NCBI RefSeq assembly: GCF_006345805.1
Contig: NC_043011.1
Location: 14,644,464-14,708,463, forward strand
Direction: 5' to 3'
Source: Octopus sinensis
Taxonomy: Eukaryota
Length of the DNA stretch: 64,000 bases
The position numbers and the translations under genes were made by a program. Shown piece after piece: positions 39,292-51,012 of this stretch. Position 1 is the stretch's first letter, and every line of letters starts with the position of its first letter. Below the pieces are notes generated by a model, which made no database searches, was not told the origin of the DNA, and saw only the letters and a program-made list of their open reading frames with translations.

Positions 39292-40039
39292 TGTGGTGTG
39301 TGTGTGTGTGTATGTGTGTGTGTGTGTGTGTGTGTTTAAGTACAGTACATATATCGTTAGACATAGAGCTAAGGCATCTGCAAATAAAAAAGAAATATTG
39401 AATGTTTTTGAAGGCAGCGTGTTATTCTATATTGGAAACACTATTTACAACATATAAAATGTCTCGTCTAGAAAACAGTGAAGATGCTTCTTGAATCATT
39501 AAAACTTTGGATGTAACTTAAGCGCCAGTTGTTGTTCAACTTAAGGTCATCGGCAATATAAGCGTTCCAGCTGTGGCCATCTCGTTCTTTTTTTTTTTTT
39601 CAGATTAACGTTATAGGTGCTGGCATGGCTATTTGGTAAGAAGCTTGCTTCCCAACCACATGGTGCATACAAGCACTGTTGTTTACATTGCTACCAGGAG
39701 ATAAATCACTCACCATCGCCATCACCACTGAGACTAGCAGATCTCATGATTTCGACCTTCCTTGGCCATGTCAATGGTTGACGCTCGACCACTGGAAATA
39801 GAAGCGATATCTCTGCTAAACTTACACATAGAATTTCATTGCCCAATCGAGTAATGGTATCGCATATAGCTTATCAAAAAATATGTGGGATTTAAATATG
39901 ACATTTTGCTATTAATACTGCTTCTGTCGCTAAGATTGGTCTTTTTTATACATATTTATATGTATATGTGTATCTGCACATACGTATAAGTATGCATATA
40001 TATTATATATATATATATAATATACATGTATATATATAT

Positions 40040-40081
<42 letters not shown>

Positions 40082-40092
40082 TATATATATTA

Positions 40093-40130
<38 letters not shown>

Positions 40131-40184
40131 TACATATATACATATATATATATGTGTGTGTGTATATTTATATAATATATGTAT

Positions 40185-40345
40185 ATGCACAAGCATGGCC
40201 GCGTGGTAAGTAGTTTGTTTCCCAACCATATAGGTCCAGGTTCAATCCCACTGTGCTGCATCTTGGGCAAGTGTCTTCTACTATAAACATGGACCACTGT
40301 GTGAGTGCATTTGGGAGATGAAAATTGAAAAAAAACCCCGTCATG
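40185..40345 (+). mobile_element. SINE A, 5' half
   Basis: CATGGCCGCGTGGTAAGTAG..GGTTCAATCCCACTG..TTGGGCAAGTGTCTTCTACTATA. Confidence 0.8.
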
Positions 40346-40349
40346 TATA

Positions 40350-40740
40350 TATTTTTTATTTGCTTCAGTGATTTTGACTGTGGCCATGTTGGAGTACCGC
40401 CTTTTTTTAGTCGAAGAAATCGACCCTTGGACTTATTCTTTGTAAACCTGGTACTTATTCTATCGGTCTCTTTTGCCAAAACGGGGGCTTAAACACATCA
40501 AGATCGGTTGTCAATCAATGGTGGCGGGGGGGGGGGGGGGGTTAAACACAGACACGGACACACAAATATATATATACATATAACACAAGCCTCTTTCAGT
40601 TTCCGTTACCACGCTCACAAGACTTTGGTCGACCCGAGGCTATAGTAGAAGACACTTGCTCAAGGTGCCACACAGTGGGACTGAACCGGAACCATGTGGA
40701 TTGGAAGCAAGCTTCTTGCCAAACAGTCACGCCTGCGCCT
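40350..40740 (-). mobile_element. SINE A, full length
   Basis: Colinear with 48093-48500. Head on minus strand AGGCGCAGGCGTGACTGTTTGGCAAGAAGC. Confidence 0.85.
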
Positions 40741-40772
<32 letters not shown>

Positions 40773-40795
40773 TTGTATACGACGAGTTTGTTCAG

Positions 40796-40874
<79 letters not shown>

Positions 40875-41563
40875 TGTATGTATGTATGTATGTATGTATG
40901 GGAGCTTTTCTGTCTGACCCGCCCACCGCTTGACAGATGGTGTCTGTTTGCTTACGTCTCAGTAATATAGCGGTCCGACGGAAATAAATCTGTAGAATAC
41001 GCTTAAAATAAGAAGTGGAGCCGATTTGCTTGACTAAACCCTTTGATGCAGTGCCCTAGCATGGCCGAGTATTTACGGGGTTTGGAGCTCACGATTATTA
41101 CAACCTTGCGTTTGATTCCTGCATTTTGTCTCAGAGCAAAGTAGTTTGTTTCACGTTGATCCAGTCCAGTCCAGTCGACAGGAGAATGAGTAGCAACCAA
41201 TTACTGGTACAAGCCTCTCTCACTCACTCACTCTCTCCCTCTCTCTTCCTCTCTCTCGAGAGAATGTCTATGTCTACTCGGTTCGCGACTAAACAGGCAT
41301 CTGAAATAATTTACGAAATCATGGTAAATACTACTGAGTCCTACTTGGGAATGAAGACTATGGTGTGAAGAGAAACAACAGGGAGAATACGGATGAGCTC
41401 ATGAGAGGCGTCACTACTCCGGTTGTCTTGTAGTTTCAGCTGCAGCAGATGGAATCGCTGCTGCAGAGCAAGAGTAGGCGTTGTAGCTCACGCGCGAGCC
41501 TGAAATGATTACTGAACAAATACCGTCAATCAACGTCGACTTGATGATGATGATGATGATGAT

Positions 41564-41600
<37 letters not shown>

Positions 41601-41724
41601 TAATAATAATAATATCCCCTCCTCAAGCTTTCAGTCATACTGTAGCATCTCTTATCCATTACTTGCCCTAGGATGCTGGGTGTGTCTCGGCAAGTGATTG
41701 TAATAAACATGCAGATTAAGAGTA

Positions 41725-42252
41725 AATAATGGCTTCTGATCTTAACTGATTGGAAGTGTTATCATGTACATTGTTTTGTCTTGGTATAAAAGATGGGCTA
41801 CAGCAAATATTCTGCTCAATACCACAGATTTGCTTGTCAGTTGTTTGACCTTAACCAGTTGAGCATGTCCCTTAGTGGCTGACGATATGTGCATCTCTGA
41901 TCACGAGCAGAAATAGTGGGGGAGCATCATAGCCATGTGTTGAGAGGGATTCTTTGGGGTTTGAATAATTCAACTCTGGAAACATGGGTGGTTCTTTCAA
42001 CATCCTTAAACAACCCTTATTCAGGGACCTTTTGAGCGGGATGGGCTACTCAACCTGAAGAAAATTCTAACTGGGCCCCACCTGCAAGGTCATGTGCTGT
42101 TTATCTTGATATGAGATCACCATGTCGCGCACATATGGTTGTGATGCATGTGCCTGGTGTACCTTTATCAGACGGGTAGTCATGATGGGTATATTGGGCT
42201 TCGTATATTTTACCCCAGTGTCACTTTGATGGCATGCACTGCTCTCTCACTC

Positions 42253-42300
<48 letters not shown>
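41725..42300 (+). mobile_element. Interspersed repeat family D ending in (AAT)n (retroposon-like)
   Basis: Second partial copy at 4195-4372. Ends ...CTCTCTCACTC(AAT)n. No ORF or Pol III boxes recognised. Confidence 0.6.
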
Positions 42301-42301
<1 letters not shown>

Positions 42302-44405
42302 CCAGATTCGACGACTACAGGGAGGATAATACTCACTATGAAAGATAAGAACAAGGGTAATAGAGCTAGCAAGTAAAGACCAATCACTTGCTTACCATAA
42401 GTGTGGAAGCTGATAGCAGGAATGCTTCCAGAAAGCATTTACGAGCAACTTGACAACCAGAATTTACTGCCAGAAGAACAGAAATGTTGCAAGAAGGTTA
42501 GAGGAACGCATGATCTCTTATACATATACAAAGCAGTTCTGAATGAAATAAAAGCTAGAAAGGAAAATCTAACAATAGCTTGGATAGATTATAACAAAGC
42601 CTATGACATGATCCCACATTCATGGATAAGTGAATGTTTGAGTATATATTTCTTTACTGCCCACAAGGGGCTAAACACAGAAGGGACAAACAAGGACAGA
42701 CCAACGGATTAAGTCGATTACATCGACCCCAGAGCGTAACTGGTACTTAAAATTTGTCGGCCCCGAAAGGATGAAAGGCAAAGTCGACCTCGGCGGAATT
42801 TGAACTCAGAACGTAACGGCTGACGAAATACGGCCGCGCATTTCGCCCGGCGTGCTAACGTTTCTCTCAGCTCGCCGCCTATGTTTGAGTATATTCAGTA
42901 TAGCAGACAATATAAGAGAATTATTTAGCTACAGCATGAAGAAATGGAAAGCAGATCTCTACTCAGGTGACACAGTCTTAGGGAATGTTAATATCAAAAG
43001 AGGAATTTTCCAGTGGGGTTCGTTGTCCCCTTTAATATTTGTCTTATGTTTGATCCCTCTCAATTTAGTATTAAAGAAGGCAAAAGCAGGGTGTCAGTTC
43101 AGAAATTGTAATGGGAAAATTAACCATTTGCTCTACATGGATAATCTGAACCTATTTGGTAAGAATGAAAAGAGATAGATTCCTTAATACAGACCGTAAG
43201 TGAGGAAGCTAATGAAGCCAAAGTTAAATGGCCCCAAATTTACTGATGGCTATAAATACTTGGGCAGTATCATTACTTAGATATTCAGTAGATTTTGTAG
43301 ATTGGACAAAAACTGAACTAGCAAAGCTAGACAGAAGAACTAGGAAGGAAGTCAATACGAATGGAAAACTCCACCCAAGGCAGGAGTAGCAAGATTATAC
43401 TTACCTAGAAAGGAGGGAAGAAGAGGATTAATATCAGTAGAAGACAGCGTGGAGTTAGCTAGAGTATATATTGACTTCTACGTAGGGAATAGTGAAGAAA
43501 GTTTATTAAAAGCTGCTAGAGTCACAGCAAGACATAGGGAAACCAAAAACCCAAACGAAATTAAAAGCCAGAAAATGAACAGAAATTATCTGACTGACAG
43601 GAGAAAGCGTTGCATGGTAGATTCCCAAAGATAGTTGGAGTAAATAGTTGTAGTGAAACATGGTTGTGGTTGCAGAAAGAAAAGCTGAAACAGGAGACAG
43701 AGTATTTGTTAGTTGCAGCACAAGAGCAAACAGTAAGGACTAATTGGATAAAAGCCAAGATAGATAAAATCCAAGTAGATTCCCAATGTAAGTTATGCAA
43801 ATCAAAAAAGAAATGCGTTACTCATACAGTAAGTGAATGTAGCTTGCAGAAAAGACATGACAACCTAAGAGGAGTTATCCACTGCGAGTTATGTAGAAAG
43901 CTAAGATTTGCACATACTCATAATTAGTATGAGCATGAATCTAGCAAAGTATTAGAAAGTAAGAAATACAAGATGTTGTGGGACTTAAACATTCAAACTG
44001 ACATAGTAATAGAAGCAAGAAGGCCTGATTTAGTAGTAATAGATAAAGAGCATAGAAAGTGCCAGTTAGTTGACGTTACACTCCCAAATGATGAAAAAAG
44101 TAATATGCGAGGTATAGAAAAAATAGCAAAGTACCAGGACCTAGGCATTGAATTACAGACACTGTGGAAAGTGGGGGTAAAATGTATCCCAGTAGTTATA
44201 CATGCATTGGGAACTATCCCTAAAGATTTGAACAGATGGATAGAAGAATTAGGCATAAAACAGTTTAGTACAGCTCCAGAAAACAGTGTTATTAGAGACA
44301 GCTAGGATACTTAGGGGGTGGCCTTGTCTTCTGAGGTTGCTTGATGTAGCCGGATGCTAGAACTTTTTCTTCTCCAGCAGTCTAATTTGTTGTGTACGAA
44401 TAATC
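42301..44405 (+). mobile_element. 5'-truncated R4/Dong-like RLE LINE, interrupted by SINE B and internally deleted
   Basis: WKLIAGML..LLPEEQKCC..AWIDYNKAYDMIPHSWI; KRGIFQWGSLSPLIF; INHLLYMDNLNLF; LVAAQEQ; CKLCK; MLWDLNIQTD..EARRPDLVV; EKIAKYQDL; IPVVIHALGT. Confidence 0.9.
42647..42880 (-). mobile_element. SINE B, tail type 2, inserted in the LINE RT
   Basis: Perfect 13-bp TSD ATGTTTGAGTATA at 42634-46 and 42881-93. The LINE reading frame resumes across it. Confidence 0.95.
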
Positions 44406-44800
44406 CTTTCTACTGGAGGCACAAGGCCTTAAATTTTGGAGGAGGGGACTAGTCGATTACATAGAACCCAGAGTTTCACTGTTACTTAATGTATCGTCCC
44501 CGAAAGGATGAAAGACGAAGTCGACCTCGACGGAATTTGAACTCAGAGGGCAGCGACAGGCGATATACCTATTTCTTTACTACCCACGAGGGGCTAAACA
44601 CAGAGGGAACAAACAAGGATAGACAAACGGATTAAGTCGATTATATCGACCCCAGTGCGTAGCTGGTACTTATTTAATCGACCCCGAAAGGATGAGTGGC
44701 AAAGTCGACCTCGGCGGAATTTGAACTCAGAACGTAGCGGCAGACGAAATACGGCTACGCATTTCGCCCGGCGTGCTAACGTTTCTGCCAGCTCGCCGCC
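44405..44800 (-). mobile_element. SINE B dimer: tail-2 copy joined to a headless, older tail-1 copy
   Basis: Minus strand: head at 44800, tail AAAGAAATAGGTAT at about 44566, then ATCGCCTGTC..GAGTTCAAATTCC core and the tail-1 end. Confidence 0.9.
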
Positions 44801-44833
44801 CCAATGATAATGATAATAATAATAATAATAACA

Positions 44834-44926
<93 letters not shown>

Positions 44927-45765
44927 CCATATGTGTGTGTCTGTGTGTGAAGAATAGGTGAGTAAACTAATGATTTTGTATGGGAAACCACAGTCACAGT
45001 GCAAGGGAAATTTCTTATAACCGCTATGTGTTGTTTATCTTTCAATATTGGGAACGAGAGAAAGAAAATCTTTTCATATGATTATTAGTTGGTGCAATTT
45101 TTACTACTGAAACTTAATCGTTTGGACGCACCAAATTATGGAGTAGATATTTCTAAGAAGTTCAGTAATAAACCAGCAGTTGTTCATATAACCCACGGTC
45201 ATTTTGAAACAAGACAATAATTTCTCATTGATACAAATCTTGTAGCGCAGATTTCTACGGAAACTATCACGTCCTTTCAACTTATTCACACATGTAAGAA
45301 ACCTGAAAGAAGATATAACACAAGTCTCTTCAAACAATATATGAGTTTTGAAAGGAACAATATCTCTTGCTTTAATACCCAGTGGTCGCTTCTCCGTCAC
45401 GTTGTACTTTATAAGCATAATAGACTCTGTTCAAGTTTCTGCGGCAAGTTTTGCTTTAATGAGAAACTATTGAATTTATTTCAAAATGACAGTAAGTTAA
45501 ATAAAGTGTTCAGAAATGATTCGTTATTGCAGACTTTCTTCGAAATATCTCCTTCGTTATTTCGCAGCTGCTAATGTTTAAATTGAAGGAGCTAAAATTG
45601 TAAGTATTCGAAGCACACTCAATTTTCCTTATCGTCTTTGTTTTTCGTTTTATCTGCAACTTTCAAAGATTTATAATTGAATACACATATGGTCGCTATT
45701 AGCGATTCCTTTGCAATTCATTAGTCGTTTATTTTCACACACTCTTATTTGTCTATTTCATGTGT

Positions 45766-45816
<51 letters not shown>

Positions 45817-45819
<3 letters not shown>

Positions 45820-46115
45820 AGGCTCATGGCCAAGTGGTTAGAGCAGTGGACTCGCTGTCGAGGGATCCTGGGTTCGAATCTCAGACCGGGCGATGTGTGT
45901 GTTTATGAGCGAAGCACCTAAGCTCCACGCGGTTCCCGCAGAAGGTAATGGCGAAACTTCTGCTGACTCTTTCGCCACAACTTTGTCTCACTCTTTCCTC
46001 CTGCACCTTGCAGCTCACTTGCGACGGACCGGCGTCCCATCCAGGTGGGGAACCTATACGCCAAGGAAACCGGGAAACCGGCCCTTATGAGCCACGCATG
46101 GCTCGAGAAGGAACA

Positions 46116-46118
<3 letters not shown>
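45817..46118 (+). mobile_element. SINE family C
   Basis: A box TGGCCAAGTGG and B box GGTTCGAATC. Lies between (GT)n and (TA)n. Confidence 0.9.
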
Positions 46119-46186
<68 letters not shown>

Positions 46187-46591
46187 CACGCATAAATGTG
46201 TAATGGTGTGTGTATGTGTGTGTTTGAGTTACTCTTACTCCTCCCACACTGTCCTACCAATTTTAATGATTTTTGGCACATAGGTGATTCACATGCCCTG
46301 AAGTTCAAATAAGGCCGAAATCTTTTTTCGAAAACTCGATAATGCTCAGTTGGCATCGACTTTTGTGAGCTCAATCGCGCGTGTGAATGGAAATTCCCAT
46401 ACAGATGTTATTTTTCCTGCACCCTTTACATTTTTCACGTGTAAAATTTCTACAAACGGATATAACATCTTAATGGGTAATAGTTGGCACGGGACCGTAG
46501 AAGATTTCAGTACAAGGTCAGAAGTGGGCTTAACGTCAACACAGAAAACACGAGCAAATCAGGGTCCAACAGCTAGTATATACACATATAT

Positions 46592-46655
46592 TCTTTTGTT
46601 TTTCTACTAGTTTCAGTCATTTGACTGCACCCATGCTTGAGCATCGCCTTGAAAG
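46592..46655 (-). mobile_element. Isolated SINE A 3' tail
   Basis: Minus strand TTCAAGGCGATGCTCAAGCATGGGTGCAGTCAAATGACTGAAAC, matching the SINE A tail (GGCGGTGCTCCAGCATGGCCGCAGTCAAATGACTGAAAC). Confidence 0.8.
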
Positions 46656-46662
46656 TTTAAAA

Positions 46663-46781
46663 TGCTTACACTACCTAGATTTCCCAAGTGGTTACCCATC
46701 TAAGTACTAACCTTGCTCGACGCTGCTTAACTTCGGTGATCGGACGAGAACCGGTGCATTCAACGCGATATGGCAGTCGCC
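46663..46781 (-). rRNA. 5S rRNA-derived sequence, full length (119 nt), probably a pseudogene
   Basis: Minus strand ...CCATATCGCGTTGAATGCACCGGTTCTCGTCCGATCACCGAAGTTAAGCAGCGTCGAGC..GGTTAGTACTTAGATGGGTAACCACTTGGGAA..GTAAGC then TTTT. Helix I is mismatched. Confidence 0.9.
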
Positions 46782-47116
46782 TTGCATGCGTACAAACACA
46801 CACACACGCGCACACAGATACAGGTGCACACGTACACACACACACACTCTCTCTCACACACACGCTATTTTTGCACCCAGACAAGATGGGCGCTAGTGTG
46901 CTCCTTTCTCCACAATTCCACAGCTCTTGCTCTTCTGTTTTCTTCCACCTGATTTCCAGACTGCTGCCTGGACCACGGACCTGATCTCCCTGTTGTCTGC
47001 CTTCTCCCATTGTGTGTACGCACACAGACCCAGACACACTCACACACATATGTATACATATGTATACATGTATGTATATATGTATGTATATATACGTGTA
47101 TATGTATGTATGTATG

Positions 47117-47151
<35 letters not shown>

Positions 47152-47252
47152 GAGAGAGATGTATTGATATATGTTATATGTATATATATAATATATATAT
47201 ATATAATATATTATATATATATAATATATATATTATTATATATATATATATA

Positions 47253-48090
47253 CTAGCAGTATTGCCCGGCTCGTGCGTTCTATGCACGCGCGAATTAAGC
47301 TAAACTTGGATGAAGTTCAATCAAAATTCAATTAGTTTGGTTTTAAAATCAAGCATTTTATGCCCTGTATTTTTGCGCTTATGTGTTCCATTTCCTCAAT
47401 AGGAAGTACGTAGATGCGTTTCATAAATTTTTGTTGATCAAATAATTGCATTGTTGAATTATTCTTTTAGATCAGTATTTCTCAACGGGGATTTCAGGGG
47501 AGAGTTTCAAGGAGTCGCTGGCGATATATCATGATGATAAAAAATCCGGCCTGCTAAAATTTGGTTAAAGTGATTCAAACTGCAGACTCAACGCAAAATG
47601 GTCACATTTAATTCAAAGCGTTAAAATGTTATGAAAGCAATTGGTATGTGTTCACAAAGTCCAAACGATTAATACGAAAAAACCCTCGAGGCTACATCCC
47701 GAAAATTTATTTCTTTGCCGAATTTCTACAATGTTTACGGCGATTCGTTTTTATATCTTGATTTTTCATTTTTCATGCAATTTACGCATGCTTGCACGCG
47801 TGGTGAACAGAGTTCACGTCAAACAGCTGACTGAGTAAAGTTTACTATTCAATGCATGGGATAAGGCCTAAACAAACACATTATCGATTTTTGCACTTGC
47901 GAGATGAATTTCGGAACAGAAATAGCGCAGTTCGATTTTCATTCGTCTAAACTTTAAGTGACCCATTTTTGGTAGTTCTACGATTTGTTGGCTAGGAGGA
48001 AATGTGCCGTGAAGATAAACACACAGACACACACACAGATACACACACAGATACACACACAGACACACAAGTTAAGTTTTATATATATAT
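47253..48090 (-). mobile_element. Candidate non-autonomous Helitron
   Basis: On the minus strand the 3' end has hairpin CGTGC-ATAGAAC-GCACG about 15 nt before CTAG|T, inside (AT)n. The 5' end reads TATATATATAAAA followed by a (GT/GTCT)-type microsatellite. The canonical 5' TC is not visible. Confidence 0.55.
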
Positions 48091-48092
48091 TA

Positions 48093-48500
48093 TTTTACTC
48101 TTTTACTCTTTTACTTGTTTCAGTCATTTGACTGCGGCCATGCTGCAGTCTTTAGTCGAGCAAATCGACCCCAGGACTTATTCTTTGTAAGCCCAGTACT
48201 TATTCTATCGGTCTCTTTTGCCGAACCGCTAAGTAACGGGGACATAAACACACCACCATCGGTTGTCATGCAATGCTAGGGGGACAAACACAGACACACA
48301 AACACACACACATACATATATATATGTACATATATACGACAGGCTTCTTTCAGTTTCCGTCTGCCAAATCCACTCACAAGGCTTTGGTCGGCCCGAGGCT
48401 ATAGTAGAACACACTTGCCCAAAGTGCCACGCAGTGGGACTGAACCCGGAACCATGTGGTTGGTAAACAAGCTACTTACCACACAGCCACTCCTGCGCCT
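48093..48500 (-). mobile_element. SINE family A, full length
   Basis: Head AGGCGCAGGAGTGGCTGTGTGG (A box) and GGTTCAGTCC (B box), internal (AT)/(GT) microsatellite, tail (AAAGAGT)n. Confidence 0.9.
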
Positions 48501-48999
48501 ATACACATAAATATAAATATAAAATAAAAATAAGATTAAACGAGTAAAATTCAAACAATAATTTTCAGTTAAGGTTTAAAAAATACAGAACAGAACAGAT
48601 AAGTATAAACGTCAGGTTAACATGACAAGTTACGTCCAGTTGAGAGGTATCAGGTTACGAATACATTAGAAACTATAAAAGCTTCAAATATATTAGTGAT
48701 AAGTTCAAGTTTCTTTGCGTTATAACCTAATTCAGGTAAAGAGTTAAAGTCGACTATCAGATAGTATAAGGTGAGGTATTGTCGTGGTGCGATGTACTTA
48801 ATGATTTGTAAAGAGTTTACTGTGTCAATCAGTCATACATACGATAAATATATACGAACAACACACATTCATGACTTGGGGCTCTATGATATATGTAATT
48901 GTTGAATCAATGTATTTCGTCGAAATCGCAGGTCAAAGCAGAGATTTACCAAGAAACCTTGAAACGCGCTAAGCTTTAGTCAGCCGACATGCACTTTGA

Positions 49000-49445
49000 G
49001 GATCTTTTCGGTTTGAACGGCAGTTTTTTAGAATAATTTTCACGTAACTAAACAGTTTTAAACTTCGTATACTGGTAGAATGTGTTTATAAAACATATTT
49101 TTCTCTTGGCTTTATTGAGAAAATTCTATAGTTTGTAAGATATTTGTTGTTTTTTCTTTAATTTCTGCAATTTCAACGAATCATGAGTCTATTGAGGTGA
49201 AAAAACATTCTGTGCCGTATGAATATGTCCCTCGTTTAAGAAACAGATTGGGTTTATTTACATTTCTGAAGAAAAAAAGATATCCTTCCCTAAAACCTAA
49301 CCCTAACCCTAACCCTAACTAACCCTAACTAACCCTAACCTTAAAACAGATTGAAATGAAATAGATCGATACTAGGGTCATAATTATGGGTGACAATTTC
49401 ATGTGACACCGCTAGAAAAAACTGCTGTTCAAACCGAAAAGATCT
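49000..49445. mobile_element. Non-autonomous TIR element with internal (CCCTAA)n, copy 2
   Basis: TIRs GGATCTTTTCGGTTTGAACGGCAGTTTTT and AAAAACTGCTGTTCAAACCGAAAAGATC. CCCTAA array at about 49295-49340. Confidence 0.85.
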
Positions 49446-49705
49446 CGCTTTGATAACGCGCAATATCTGACTTGGCAGGTTTTGGCACTTGTACACACAG
49501 CTTAAACATCCGCATACTGATCTACTTATCATCATATCCATCTGATTCTTTGGGCAGGCAACTCTCTAACGTCATAGAAAATATATGAATAGAAGACGGC
49601 CATCATGCATCCCCGACTATCAGACGGAGCTGAAGTCTACTATCGCGATTACTTGTTTTTCCATTAAATCTATGTAATGTCATAGGACAGTTTCATCTAT
49701 ACGTC

Positions 49706-50300
49706 AAGGCGGCGAGCTGGCAGAAACGTTAGCACGCTGGGCGAAATGCTTAGCGGTATTTCGTCTGCCGTTACGTTGTGAGTTCAAATTCCGCCGGGGT
49801 AGACTTGGCCTTTCATCCTTTCGGCGTCGATAAATTAAGTACCAGTTACGCACTGGGGTTGATGTAATCGACTTAATCCCATTGATAAGGCGGCGAGTTG
49901 GCAGAAACGTTAGAGCGCCGGGAAAAATGCAAAGCCGTATTTCGTCTGCCGTTAAGTTCTGAGTTCAAATTCCGCCGAGGTCGACTTTGCCTTTCATCCT
50001 TTGGGGGTCAATTAAATAAGTACCAGTTACGCACTGGGGTCGATGTAATCGACTTAATCCGTGTGTCTGTCCTTGTTTGTCCTCTCTGTGTTTAGCCCCT
50101 TGTGGGTAATAAAGAAATAGGTATTTCGTCTGTCTTTACGTTCTGAGTTCAAATTCGGCTGAGGTCGACTTTGCCTTTCATCCTTTCGGGGTCGATAAAT
50201 TAAGTACCTGTGGATTAAGTAATCAGTTTCGTATGGGGGTCGATCTAATCAACTGGCCGTCCCCTCCCAGAAATTCGGGCCTTGTGCCAAGAGTAGAAAA
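49706..50300 (+). mobile_element. SINE B trimer
   Basis: Head+core (49706-49886), head+core+tail 2 (49887-50125), headless core+tail 1 (to 50300). The whole is flanked by a 16-bp TSD GTTTC(A/C)TCTATACGTC at 49690-705 and 50301-316. Confidence 0.92.
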
Positions 50301-50519
50301 GTTTCCTCTATACGTCGATGCATTCATATTGTCATTGAAGCCACAAGAGCTGCAACCAGATAGTAACTAACATCCCACATTCCCTTTTCAGTTGTTACCA
50401 TTTCGTTTTACATTAGCGTCTTCTATGTTCAGACAATGGATTGAAATGAAGGATGATATTGAATTTTTAGTGAACCTTAGGTCGAAAAGATAAATGTTAG
50501 AATACGTCAGTTAAATAAT

Positions 50520-50745
50520 TATTTCTTTACTACCCACAAAGGCTAAACACAAGGGGGACAAACAAGGACAGACAAACGGATTAAGTCGATTACATCGACC
50601 CCAGTGCGTAACTGGTACTTAATTTATCGACCCCGAAAGGATGAAAGGCAAAGTCAACCACGGCGGAATTTGAACTCAGAACGTAATTGCCAGACGAAAT
50701 ACGGCTACTCATTTCGCCCGGCGTGCTAACGTTTCTGCCAGCTCG
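50520..50745 (-). mobile_element. SINE B, tail type 2
   Basis: TSD CAGT(T/A)AAATAAT at 50508-19 and 50746-57. Confidence 0.92.
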
Positions 50746-50825
50746 CAGTAAAATAATGAGAATAGATCAGTTTAGATTTTGTGTGGCTAATACAAGGGAA
50801 ATTTTAGCATTCTGATTTTCCGAGA

Positions 50826-50921
50826 CATGTATGTATGTATGTATGTATGTATGTATGTATGTATGTATGTATGTATGTATGTATGTATGTATGTATGTAT
50901 GTATGCATGTATATGTGTGTG

Positions 50922-50955
<34 letters not shown>

Positions 50956-50981
50956 TGTATGTATGTATGTATGTATGTGTG

Positions 50982-51010
<29 letters not shown>
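50826..51010. repeat. (ATGT)n microsatellite
   Basis: Direct reading. Confidence 0.95.

Positions 51011-51012
<2 letters not shown>

Noticed and set aside
39615-39665. Short SINE A head fragment
   Set aside because: Only about 50 nt. Real, but too short to list with useful boundaries.
41445-41515. Possible exon after TTTCAG (LQQMESLLQSKSRRCSSRASLK*)
   Set aside because: No recognisable domain, no partner exons and a weak polypyrimidine tract. RNA-seq would be needed.
45100-45620. Possible decayed transposase
   Set aside because: Multiple stops and no catalytic motif or TIR that I could identify.
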